Source of the DNA: Chlorokybus atmophyticus
Lineage: Eukaryota > Plantae > Mesostigma and Chlorokybus algae
Direction: 5' to 3'
NCBI GenBank assembly: GCA_009103225.1
Contig: RHPI01002656.1
Span: 186,001-250,000 of the forward strand
DNA length: 64,000 nt
Position 1 is the stretch's first letter. Each line of letters begins with the position of its first letter. This document shows, in pieces, positions 13,649 through 25,431 of this stretch. The translations under genes and the position numbers were made by a program. Under the pieces are notes generated by a model that saw only the letters and a program-made list of their open reading frames with translations, was not told the origin of the DNA and searched no databases.

Positions 13649-14410
13649 TCAAGCATCGCAAGACAAACTTTCTGTATACACAAAGTTCTTTGTGTACACC
13701 ATTGTGGGCTCGACTCTCTTTTGCTGCACGTTACTGGTCGCCAGTACGCGCACTCCCGCTCTACCACCAACGCGCGACAACGCCACATACAGCTGACCGT
13801 GTGTGAATACAGGCTCAGGCATGTAGACTCCCACCTTGCGCAGAGTCTGGCCTTGAGACGTGTTGATGGTCATGGCGAAAGCTGCACGTATTGGAAATTG
13901 TCTGCGCCTCAGCGTAAACGGCATACCCTCCACATTTGAGGGCGTGATCATTAGTCGACGGATGAAGACTCTTCTGCCTTGAGCTGGTCGCGTAGCCACT
14001 TCAGCATAGATCACATGCTGCATGAGGCCTTTGCAAATGAGACGCGTGCCGTTCGCCATCCCATCAGTCATATTTCGCAGCAATATAACCGGGCTGCCTA
14101 TCTTGAGACGCAGTTCATGTGGAGGTAAGCCAGACACCATGATGCTGTTGAGATATTCAATGGGGTAATGGTTTACTTGCTCCTGTGATGGCACAGAATC
14201 AGCACTGCGGTATACCCTCTCCTCATTCATCTGCGCAGTGCGGCGGTAAGTGGCATGTTTAAAATATATGCATGATGTTTATATGCAGCTGCAGTTATAT
14301 CTGAATCTTCACCGGCACGTACCATCGCTGAAACGCGCCATCATTAGCGTGTTGATCTCGTCAACGGTCACATTTTTTGGCGTAAGGATTGCTCGGTTGA
14401 TGACATACTC
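13649..14410 (-). pseudogene. C-terminal part of the Helitron PIF1 helicase, left of the insertion
   Basis: EYVINRAILTPKNVTVDEINTLMM (14340-14410), an intron, then ORF 13649-14230 with PIF1 motifs IV-VI. Confidence 0.92.
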
Positions 14411-14559
14411 CGTCGCAATATGTTTTCCCTGCCGGCCGACTAAATATTGGCAACGGCCGTGCACCTGAGGACACTAATATAGACTGTCGTGGCTCAGGCC
14501 ACCTGTAATCTTGATACAGGGACCTAATAGTAACTTCCGTTACTATCAGGCCCTTTTTA

Positions 14560-14880
14560 TTACAATTAGTCTTTAACAGTTGACTATGCCTAACTAACAG
14601 GCGCCTGTCAGTTACCTGTCAGGCCTTAACAGGTGACTTTATATAATTAACAGGCACCTGTTAGTCACACACCAGGCCTCAACAAATGACTTTGTGTAAT
14701 TTACAGGCAACTGTTAGTTACACATCAGGCCTTATTAGGTGACTACAACTAATCAACGGGCACCTGTAAGTTACACATTAGTCTTACTTAGGTGACTCAG
14801 CCTATGTGACAGGCACCTGCAGGTTACACAGCAGTCCAGCGCAGGCGACTAAGCCTAATTAACAAGCACCAACTAGGTAA
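14560..14880. repeat. Subterminal tandem repeats (about 52-bp unit, about 6 degenerate copies) at the left end of the element
   Basis: Recurring aacaggcacctgttagttacac...caggcct...aggtgact unit. Confidence 0.8.
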
Positions 14881-15230
14881 TTATCGACAAAATAATGCAT
14901 TCTTTAACAACTGAAGGTGACTAATGCCTAACTGTCGTCATATGTACTTGCATAGCTTGACTACACGCGATTGTCACTGACTTCCAGCATTGTTATGTGC
15001 ATGTGCTATGTACATGTACCTAAAATGTGTACAGTGTCTCTCAGTCACTTGCCGAGGCTTGTAGTTCAATTATGTGACTCGAATGCAGTTCTGTTGTATA
15101 TCATAGGGATGCAAGTATTGATGTGCATGAGCATAATGACGATTGACTGAGCTGGTTTAAGATGCACAACACTCAGTCACAAGAGCCTTATAGCTATGTA
15201 CACTACCAGCTAAACGGACTACCAACTGCG

Positions 15231-17058
15231 CTACAGCTCCTCTCCATCATCGCTTTGCTCGTCATTACGGAACAAAGCACCACGCGCTGGGGCCTGTGGA
15301 GGAGACGCCGGAGCTTGCTCTTCCTCCTCAAACGGTTGTGCCAGCCAATCAAATGCCGCTTCTGCCTCAGCGAGCGGGTCACGAGCTGCTGTCTCTTGCG
15401 GCCGGCGCCGATTGGGATCTTTCAGGTATTCGACACAAGATGCGGTGCGGCGTTTCACATGGGTGAATGGCTGGAGGGCTGCGTACCGTTGCCTCATCTC
15501 CCGCTTCATTGACATGATCATGGTGTTGATTTCGCTGAGGTACTCTTCATGTGTGTCTATGCTGGCAGTTAGGAGAGGGTCTCCATCCTTGCCCTTTAAT
15601 ATGCGCTCCACCTGCGTAGTTTACAGGCATGTTCTAGTGGCATCGAAAGCCACTATTCACTGCAACGCGTCTGCAAGCCTGTAGTTTGGGGATATAGCAT
15701 TCCTGAATTGCTAATGCTGGAGTTCAGAGTGCTCACCGTAAGCAACAGGTATGCGAGGTGGTTGACTCTTAGCTGCCGGCGACCAAGTGTAGTGACGGCG
15801 TAAGATCAGCATTGCACGATCATTTGCCAGATTATGGGATTGCCCCATTCATGGATGTATCTCCTCCGCTCCGGGTCTGCAGTGTCGGTCACCTCAAATC
15901 TCTGCCATGATTTGTCTGCGACAGTCATACCGACAAGGCATTAGTTACGAAATAGATAGTTCAAGTTGAGCCTGCACCAGGCTTGAATAGTGCCTGTGAC
16001 TTACTTTGGAGCGCGTTGCGCATCTGGGCTTTTTGGGTCTCGGGGTCCATTAGGGCGTCGATGTGCCTGATTGAATCGGTTACAATAGGCGAGATGAGTA
16101 CGTGTGTATGGAGGCTGAGTAAGAAGGCAGTGTTGCTTAGCAGACATGGTGGTGAGGGACCCAACTCACTTGCGCTTGTTGCTGTTAAACAGTGTCCACT
16201 TGTACTCCTTCTCAAGGACATGCTTGATCTTGGTGACGTTCTCAGACCGGACCTGCGTAGCTTTCTTCAGGGCGACACTCCAGTGGAAGGGGCACTCCTT
16301 GGGAGTCCAGTACACCTCATAGAACTTGGCCGCATCGGCCTCGTCGTCATGGTCGAAGCCAACTACCTGTCACGGGCAGGTTGGTCAGTGTCACGGTGCA
16401 GTGCGGTCATGAAGCATTCACAGCACCTGACACATGACGTTACGAATAGTGTCCTCCTTGGGATAAACGTGGCTCTCTACCCAGTGGCCGTTTATGATTC
16501 CAACGACGGCATCTCGCAAATGCTGTCCACAGAAGAACAATCCGTTGCACACATACACACAGTGTCATAGTGTCACACAGTGCTTACCTCGTTGCCAATC
16601 TTCCACTTGCTTGGGGAAGGGTTGCTGACGGCCGAGGTTGCCACGTCACGGCCAAATGCGTTTGGGTTGGGGGTTCCAATCGACCCTCTGCAAGCACAAC
16701 CACATGAGTCATGCTGCCAGCCATGAAAGATGCAACCCTCACATTTGCAAAAGAAGAACAACGTGCACAGTGTATCCAGAACGCATGCAGTGAGTCACTG
16801 TGCTAGTCATAAAAGAAGCAAGCATCCAAGTTAGAAGTTGAGCAAGAAGCAACGTGCACAGTGCATCAAGAACGCATGCAGTCTAGCTTGCCCTTGCGAC
16901 TGCGGTGTCTGGTGGAGTTGTTGTGATGTGCTGGGCGTTAGCGCGGGGTCTTGCTGCGATTGGTTGGCGACGGTTGCCTGATTGAACACTGGGGGCAATG
17001 TGGACAACTGGCGCCGACCTCCACGACGAGGTGCACTTACGGATGGACCACGAGGCAT
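15231..17058 (-). CDS. Transposon cargo gene A, unknown multi-exon protein, possibly disrupted
   Basis: Exons with GT-AG-type boundaries: MPRGPSVSAPRRGG..., GSIGTPNPNAFGRDV...KWKIGNE, VVGFDHDDEADAAKFYEVYWTPKECPFHWSVALKKATQVRSENVTKIKHVLEKEYKWTLFNSNKR, HIDALMDPETQKAQMRNAL, and acidic C-terminal ORF 15231-15611. No domain recognised. Confidence 0.5.
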
Positions 17059-17647
17059 CTCTCCAACTGATAGTNTCCGGTGCCGCCTGTTTAGCTGATA
17101 GTGGCGCTGCCGCCGCCGGTTGGCCCGCCCGAATGTACGAGGCGCGAAATCGAAAATGAGGCGATTTTGACCGTCTAGAGTCCCGCACTAGAGTCGCACT
17201 TGTAATGCGTCCTTGCTCCTAAGGTTGATGGTACGACTTATGCATTCGTGCCATCCATGCTTCGTACAACCATTGATAACAATGGTTGTGTCGTAACATT
17301 TATGATACGACAGAGGCATCTCTCGTCCACCCCTAGCCATTGCCGTACAATGGGGCTGTCGTACCATCCATGGTACGACAGAGGCATTGCTTGATTAGCC
17401 CAAATGGGAGTTAGCGTGCACTCACCCAAACACGCTTCATTGATGGCCGGATGATGGCACGCAGGGGCACCAGGTCGATGACGGGTCGGGTGTCAGGCAT
17501 GATGGGCTTGGGTTCGACTAGGAGGCGGAGGACCAGGAGTCAGAGGAGGCGGCGGCGACGGCGGCGGCGGCGGCGTGGCACATCTTGCGAGAAGTTGTGG
17601 TCATAAGAGTTCAAGCAGCGAAGCCAGCTACTACCGGTCGCCACGTC

Positions 17648-20397
17648 ATGGATCATGGCAGGCGTCAGCAATGGGGCTGTCCAACATGCATCACCAACAT
17701 TGGACAAACCAGCAGGCAAGCCATTAAAGACCATCTTCACACAGAGAGCTGCTTGGTGGCTCGCTTTCTGCAACAAGGAGTGGATCAGGAGCTGCAGTCC
17801 TTGGAGCCCCTTGTCAAAACCATGCGGGACCAATTACGGCTGTGGGAACAAACCTAAAGGAATGCAGAGGTACGCTCAACAGTCACATGCATTTCCTTGC
17901 AAGAGCAATTTGTTTCTGAGCGCAGTCTATGTGATATATGTAGCGTGGCTGCAGGCCTCCACTATTCACCCATACCCACCCTACAGTCAAGCCGACATTG
18001 CGGAAGCAAGAGCAGATAGACAGAGCTGAGCGGCGGTATGTTGTTGCCAATCTCGCTGTGCATGTTGACTGCAATGTCGGCTCCAATGCATGCCTACCTT
18101 TGCATGCTAGGATGTGCGTGAGCGTGTGAAGTCGCGCGCGCGTGCCGAACGAAGTAGGCTGGGTTTGAGCACAGGAGCGCGTGGCCATTCGTCCGGCATT
18201 CAACCAATAGTGCATCAACCAGCAATGACGCAGTCCATGCAATCATTCGTGCATCAACCAGCAATGCCGCAGGTGACTGTTCGAAGCAACCAACTGATGA
18301 CGGTGTGACGCAGTTGACTATTGCAATTGCAGTGTCGCAAGCATGCAGCTAACCCACATGTGATTGGTTGACAGCACCACAGTGCACTAAGTCCTGTTGG
18401 AGCTCCTATGCAAGCCTGGATTCAATCCCATCAACTGGTCCTTCAATCCCACTTGCTGATGGGCGCGGCGGCAATGCGGCATCAGTTTAACATGCATGTT
18501 GGCCTGTTGAATCCCGACATGTCCATTGGGGCAGTGGCGCATGATGTGCCCATGGCTCAAGAGCTCCGTGACGAGTCTGCCATCGAGGGTGGCGGGGAGA
18601 GTGCAGCCAATACCACCTTGTCAGCCCCCATGGCTTCCCCTGCTCCATGCAGCCCACGGGCCATTGAGGTAAGTCGCTGTCTTTTATGCTCGTGCCTTGG
18701 TAACAATGCGTCAGGCACTGCATAAGCTTATATTCGTCCTTTGCAACATTGTGAGCCATCTTATCCTGGGTCCTGTATACAGCCCCCCTTGCTGCATGCA
18801 CAAGTGGTCTCACCTGCAGCTCCTGCTCCCCTCCCAGCCAGAGCGCAACCACCTTCCGCGGCACCAGTCCTTCATGCACTGCCATCTCCTCCACGAGCAG
18901 CACCGGTGATTGCGGGGCAACAATCCTTCTTGCCGCCACCGGCGAGACCACAGCACAATGCAACAACCGATGTGGCTTCTGCACCTACCTTACCCCACCC
19001 GCTGCAAGTTGAAGCCGGCAGTCTGCCCCAAACTCAGGTACTTTATCAGTCACTGTGACTCTTGCCGTCCACAGTTGGACACACCATGTGAGTGCTGTAT
19101 GCGCATGCAGCAGGGGTCACCACCTGCCAGCGAGTCATCAGAGGAGCTTGCCGCAACCCGCATACGGCCATCAATCATGCTAGGTGGCCAGCTCGCCTCA
19201 TGGGACCACTTCAATGCGCCAACGGATGGTAATTGCTTCTACCATTGTGTATTTCGCGCCAGGCCATCCATAGCGCAAAGTGTCCTGGATGATCACAAGT
19301 GCCCCAGCTCGAGCAGATTTTGGGCCATGCTGGACACCATGGACGACGACGGCAGGGGGCACACTCTCCGCAAAATCACCGCCAAGGCTGTCGATGCAGA
19401 CGTGGCGAGCAGAATCTTAGACTTCTGCAGAGCCACTGGTGCCGCGGGAGAGATGGCGCAGTATTACGACAAACTACCTGCGACCATGTTGGCTGATGTC
19501 AACTGCAACATTGACCTAGCCATGGCCAAGGTGCGACAGATCGTGCGGAGAAAAGATGTGTACGTCGAGCACCTGCAGATGACCATGTTTGCCAACAAGC
19601 TGGGCTTGTTGATTGTCTGCGTGACCGTTCAGCGCGAACATGGGGAGTGGGTGCCACGGCCCGGCAGCGCAGTTTGGGTTGGAAATACAGAAGCCCCCAA
19701 CTCAGTCCTGGTGGTGGGAATAATACAAATACTGCTCCTGATGAGCCAGAAGCACACTTTTGGCTCCTCAAGCCTGCAAGCACCGAACAGTGGTCGTGGC
19801 CTATGCATGAAGTGCCACCGGAGGTAACACACCTGATCGGAGAGTGGCGGAATGGCGTTGCCAATTCCCCGCTACCACCGGCTGTGACCCAGAGTGCTGC
19901 GCCAACGCCTCAGGCCTCGCCTTCGTGTGCTAGGCAAGAAGTAGCCGAGTGTTCTGCACATCCTGCCTCCCCTCAACCACAGCCACATGCTCACAATCCC
20001 AATTCAGCCCTCCCTTCCTGCCGCGGAGACTCACTTGCCACCGCACTCTGACCATCCGGAGGCATCTCCATCAAGAAGCAGCTGTAGCTCGCCCTCTCCC
20101 TCTAAGCTTGCCACATTGATCCCAGCCTGTCTTGTTGGTAAAGAGATTGATCGAGGTGTCCTGAAAGCTGCGCTGAAAGACAAAGGCTTCATGCTCGACC
20201 TCATGAAGCAACATGAGGTCGTGGAGGAACGGGAGGCAACCAACAAGCGCAAGGCTGTGGAGCAAGAAGATAACGCCTTACCTCCTCTGAGTGACAGTGC
20301 CACGGAGAGCGCCTGCCAGGATGTGCAGGGTGACAAAAAAAAAAGAAGAAGGTTGTTGGAACAAAGGACGCTGACAGGACCAAAAAAGGAAAGGTGA
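17648..20397 (+). CDS. Transposon cargo gene B: C2HC-like zinc finger, Pro-rich linker and OTU-like cysteine protease (one frameshift)
   Basis: GCPTC...DHLHTESC at 17670-17750. OTU Cys box APTDGNCFYHCV in ORF 18910-19827. His box EAHFWLLKP lies in a shifted frame after the G run near 19716. Start and some exons uncertain. Confidence 0.65.
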
Positions 20398-20493
20398 GGC
20401 ATCGTTACAACATTAGAAGAAGCACAGCGCCTTGAAGCCTCACTGGGGCTGACTGTGTGTCCTGAGTAGGCACAGGCGGGTTTACAGCGTCAA

Positions 20494-21500
20494 ATGGCTG
20501 CTCAGCATCGTCCAAAGAGACAGCCGGTGCGGCACGAGCTGCCTAAGCTCAAAGCACCGACGCGCAGACGCTTTAAGGGGCTGACTCGTAGTGCAAAGGA
20601 GTTGATCACCCTACAGTACGCCCAAGACACGCTGCATCACCGCATGCGGCATGCCTCGAGGTGGGTGACGAAAGTTTGCAATAAGTGGGCGCAAACGCGG
20701 AGAATGCGGTCTAAACAGACCTCTGGGGATTGGCCGTGGTTGGAACCCATACACGATATGGCCATCCGTAGTACGTTGTTGCCCCTCGCCGTCCTCGATA
20801 TGATGGTGTTGTTGCTGCCGCAGCAGCCCGGCAATGTGCAAGAGCTATCTGCGGAGCAGAACTTCGACCTGCTGCAGCAGATTTACCTGTCGATGTCGAC
20901 TAAGCGGGTCAAGATGTGTGCCACTACCTGAGCAAACATACTGGGTGGCAAGTAAAACCATTCGAGCTGTACTTGGCATGCTTTGGCTGGCAGTGGCTGT
21001 ATGTCATACGGCACGTCGAGCTGATTCTGTGGAAGCTCGAAGAAAACGATGCGGGGGAGTACACGAGTGACGACAGCCATGTCGAGGGCCTGGATGAACG
21101 TATGCTGGACGAGACCACCAAGACCAGCAGGTGGTGTATGGCGGCAGATGGGCGTCAGGTGATCGAGCAAGCAGTGGAGCGTTATGCTGCGCCATTCAGA
21201 TGGGAGTCGCTACGCCTGCGACGCGATAACAGAGTTTGGTGGCAGAGACAGCTTGCACACCCGCGTGCACCATGTGTGCTGATTTGTCGCATTGAAGAGC
21301 CACCCCCCCCAGCGGATGGGGAGACGCCCTGTTGCAAGAAAGCGATGTGCCATGTCTGCATCATAGCACATCGGAAGACTGTGGCAAATAAATCAAAGAA
21401 TCTACAAGCGTGTCCATTCTGCAAGCAACCTCACCCGTTTTGGTCGCCACGCCTGATGCAAGACGCCGACGTGTCGGCGGTGATTTGGCCCCCGCCTTGA
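20494..21500 (+). CDS. Transposon cargo gene C: protein with C-terminal RING-like finger (one frameshift near 20920)
   Basis: ORF 20494-20931 continues in ORF 20916-21500, ending PCVLIC...TPCCKKAMCHVCIIAH...ACPFCKQ, a RING-HC-like spacing. Confidence 0.55.
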
Positions 21501-21983
21501 TGCCAATCGTGCATGTATTGTAGTTTTGTGTTGGCTTCCTGTGAACCATGTAGGTACATGTATAGTTGCAGCATGGTGCATGGTGCACCAGAGATTTGCT
21601 GTTGTTAGAAGCATTGGCTGTACATGTGTATGATGACTGCCCGGCACATGAGTCAGTGCATGGCTTGCATACCTCGCTGGTTTTGAGCGTGGTTGACAGC
21701 AACAAACTCGGACAGCGCTCTGAGTTCCATGGCATGACAGCACAGTATTACTCTACGATCGTGGTAGTATGCGAGTATCCTTGTACTGTAGTACCATTAA
21801 CAGATGGAGTACCATTCATGTTGATGTAGTACCATGCATGGTACTGCAATAGCGTATAAGGTACAGTCGTGCTTCACTTGAAGTTTGACCCATTTAGGGT
21901 TCGTAAGCTGGCAACCCTAAATTGATGCCCATACCCTAAAGTCTCGCTCAGTTTGTGGGCAGCCGTGCCGATTCCTATTTTGC

Positions 21984-23010
21984 ATGATGTCGGCGGCAGC
22001 AGTTGAATCACCCTCACCTAGGAGACCATGCTTGGTGTGCCCACAATGCAATGCGTACGTATGTGCCAATGGCCGTAGGCAGCAAATGCGAGCACACTTG
22101 ACCGAATGCCAGCGAGTGCAGACAGTGTGCCACGGTTTTAGTGCTGCTTGCTGGCATCACACCACACACAATGTCGACGTGTTTGGCTGCCGCCTCGGCC
22201 AAGTGCTGTGCCAGGAACCCGAGTTTTTCCATTGCGTGCAGTGCGTGTGCGAATTTTGCTCGCGCTCATGCTTCGAGTGGCGAGGGGAACCCATGCGCTT
22301 CTTGACATGGACAACACCGGGACATGTGGTTAGTGAACAGGTGGTGGATGCTGTGGAGGTAAGCCACAAGAGTAGACCGCGACGTATCACTGCATGTTAT
22401 GTTGGGCGTATGCTTATTTCATGCATGTTGAAGCTGTTGTCGCATTCAGAGCAGTCTTGCACGGTGTGGGCGTGGGCAGTTCCATCCCCTGGCCGCTGTA
22501 GAGGAGGCAGACCATCGACCGTTGGACAGCGCACTGCATCGGCTGCGGAACGCAGTTAAGTTGGGATGCGAGCAGCTGATCGGTGTGAGTGTCATGGTGC
22601 ATTGGCCGCTGGATGGGGAATGGTATGCGGGCGTTGTGGAATCATTCAAGCAAGCGTCAGGTCAGCATCGCTTCGTGGCGTGCGAGATTGAGGACGCATC
22701 ATACACGCATGGTGCAATGGAAATTTTTTTTGCAGGGCAGCACTATATAGTATTCGATGACGGTGATCGACCACAAACCATCAACTTCAAAGGGCACAAC
22801 GTATTCGCGTACACATCAGTTGACGGGGCACGCCATGTTCGCGCGCCGGAGGGGAGAACGTCAGTCGCAAAGTAAGCCCGGACGGCATCATTGTTTGTCC
22901 CTGGCCAGCACCACGGCCAGCCTTGACCACATACACGCCATTTGACAATAAGCTGGGACGCACACAGAGACCAAGGGCACTCGACCTATTCTGCGGCGGT
23001 GGCGGTGCAC
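21984..23010 (+). pseudogene. Transposon cargo gene D: Cys/His-rich zinc finger, Tudor domain and truncated C5-cytosine DNA methyltransferase (motif I only)
   Basis: Exon 1 21984-22359 (CPQC...HLTEC...), exon 2 22450-22660, exon 3 from 22739, giving LIGVSVMVHWPLDGEWYAGVVESFKQASG|QHYIVFDDGD (Tudor). After one frameshift (between 22824 and 22872) comes RPRALDLFCGGGG, matching the FxGxGG SAM-binding motif I. Sequence breaks off there. Confidence 0.65.
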
Positions 23011-24916
23011 GTGTTGTTGGCTTTTGTGTTCAACACAAAAGCAACACCAAAGACGTGCCTGGCCTGCAGAATCTGTCTCGTGGATGGACGCATTCGTTCC
23101 TTCGCGGCGGCGTCGTACACAGCAGCAAGCAGGTGGTCAATGATGCCTCCCAGCACATGCATTGCGTCAGGGGCAAGACGAGAGTAGCAGTCAGCTCCCG
23201 GCACCCGCGACTGTCGCCAACCCCACAGTGCATTCTGTTGCCAAACCACATTGCCTGGTTTCACGGAAAGCCATTCATCCTCACGAATGCCGATAATTTG
23301 ACCATTACCTCCTCGACATGCATGGCGTGCTGCTCTTTGAAAGCCTTGGCTGTCTGGCGTGCATTCCTAACAGCGCTATGCAGGTCCGCCCGCAGCTGAC
23401 GTATTGCTGGTGTGTAGAAGGCCTCGGTTCTCAATTCCCAGTCCTCATCCATCTCCAACAGATCTGATTTGGTGACGAGACAAACATCGCAAGGATGTCG
23501 TGTTTGGTTGCCCGACACAGTGCGTGCGAGTGTGGCAGTCTCCTACAACACGACAAACTCAGATGTTTTACTGACAACATCCTCTATGCACTGTTTGCTG
23601 GCAGGCTGCATCCGGTTACAACCATTCATGCCCACTACCTGCAAATCGCTGATGTAGTTGGCAAGCGCGAGAAACACACGACGCTCGATGCCATTCGGGT
23701 CGATGAGCTGCAGACCTTCCCAACTCGCCCGCTTCACATCCCCTAACACTACATTCAAAGCGTCATGAAAAATCTCACGTTTCCGAATGGAGAACGATTC
23801 CTTGCCCTGCGCCCAGGTGGGATGCCCGGCCACTGCGTGAACCACCGGCAGAAGCGCTATCATAACAACCCCCATGTTGCTAGCATACATGTCCCAACTG
23901 TAGTTGGCAAGCGATGCCATCAGAGGGTAGCCAGAGCGCTTGCCCGCGCTGTCCAGCGTGGTCTTGTCACTGTACAGAATGGCAGGCGCCAAGTAGGACG
24001 CTTCCCCCACCTCTCTCCTCAAATCCACCTCCACATCCTTCCACCAATCGCCCGTGGAAGGATGGCCAAAGCTGTGCTCGTCACCAGTGTACTGGAGATT
24101 GAAGCCATTGGCGGCATGTGGATTGCCATACAACCGCGCGAGCCATACCTGCTCCGACCGAGAGCATTACTTACTATGCTGGCCTCAGAATAGATACTGC
24201 ATTGATACTGCATTAGGTACTGCATTTTACAGACCTTGGCCGGCATACATGTGACGCAGATGTCCTGATCCTCAGGGTCTCCAGGCTTGCGCAGGTCAGC
24301 CGTCGCGTAGTTCTGATACGGCAGCACACTCGCATGTGCATATGTGACATGGCTCTGATGGTTGAAGCACATGCACCGCACACCGTGAACACACCTCAGA
24401 CTGAGAGAAAGCAATCGTGGTCCGGAGGTAGCTGGCCGCATGCACACCGGTCTCCCACTGGAGCTCTTCCGTCAGGAAGTGTGCATTTCGGATGCACTTG
24501 ATGATCCGCCCCATGTCGGAGGCCGACAGGCCTTGGCCGTTGCACTGCACGAATGCCACTGCAAGAGCATGCTCCGAGCCATACCACCTGGATTCCGATG
24601 CGTGCGAAGGGACGCCTCCACTTCCATGTTGGCGTGCCACAGGTTTCTCAGACACACGCACACATCGAAAGCCCTCGTTCACTTCCTCCTCCTCCTGTTG
24701 CTGCAGTGCGTGTGTCTCCTGGAGGAATCCTTCAGCATCAAGCATGTGAGCATCCTGGATCGAACTCCCCGGTTCAACATGACCCGCATCGTACTGTAAT
24801 GGACGCTGGCCGACATACAGCTTGATCTGCTTGCACACCCTGCTGCTAATAATGTGCATGTAGACCGAGCTGCGTGTGGCGAAGCGCATGTGGCAATACG
24901 GACAAAGGACTCCCAT
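22986..24916 (-). pseudogene. Plavaka-family transposase, multi-exon, C-terminally truncated and frameshifted
   Basis: N-terminal CPYC...H...C finger. Core HPSTGDWW...LAPAILYSDKTTLDSAGKRSGYPLMASLAN...IALLP...EIFHDAL...NGIERRVFLALANYISDLQ, then HPCDVC and LAPDAMHVLGGIIDHLL. This matches the recalled Plavaka pattern (WW...IILYSDKT...YP.Y.SLGN...D..E...PD.LH). Confidence 0.82.
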
Positions 24917-24977
24917 ATCTCACTACTAACGTCGACACAGGTGTCGCCAATGTAACCTGCATCATATCCAGCAACAC

Positions 24978-25015
<38 letters not shown>

Positions 25016-25431
25016 GCCACCGCCACCGCTACCCTTGCACGCCAGAGGCGGGAAACTTGGCCGCCAGTCACTGGCTCCGTCGTACCATTATAATGGTACG
25101 ATCGAGCCATTGCACGTCCAAGGTGAGTCTCTGGATATTTTTATATACATATATATTCTGATTGAACCGTTTCAATGGTACGAAGATGCCTTTGTCAAAA
25201 GGTATAGGCATTATACAAAGGTACCATTGAAATGGTACCTTTGTACAATGGCAATGGCAGTTCGTACCATTGACAACTCTGGCAATGTCAGTTCCCCTGC
25301 GCATAAAAACACCATTGATAGCTCCGCCAGGCTATGCCCTTACAGGGGCGTGATGCCGAGGGTATGTGGCGTTTGGAGGATTGTTGGCGGCGCTACTAGG
25401 GGCGTAGTGGGCATTTTGGTCGAGGTCCGGG

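Noticed and set aside
14560-14880. Possible CRISPR array
   Set aside because: The repeats are contiguous degenerate tandem units with no unique spacers, in a eukaryotic transposon subterminal region, with no cas genes.
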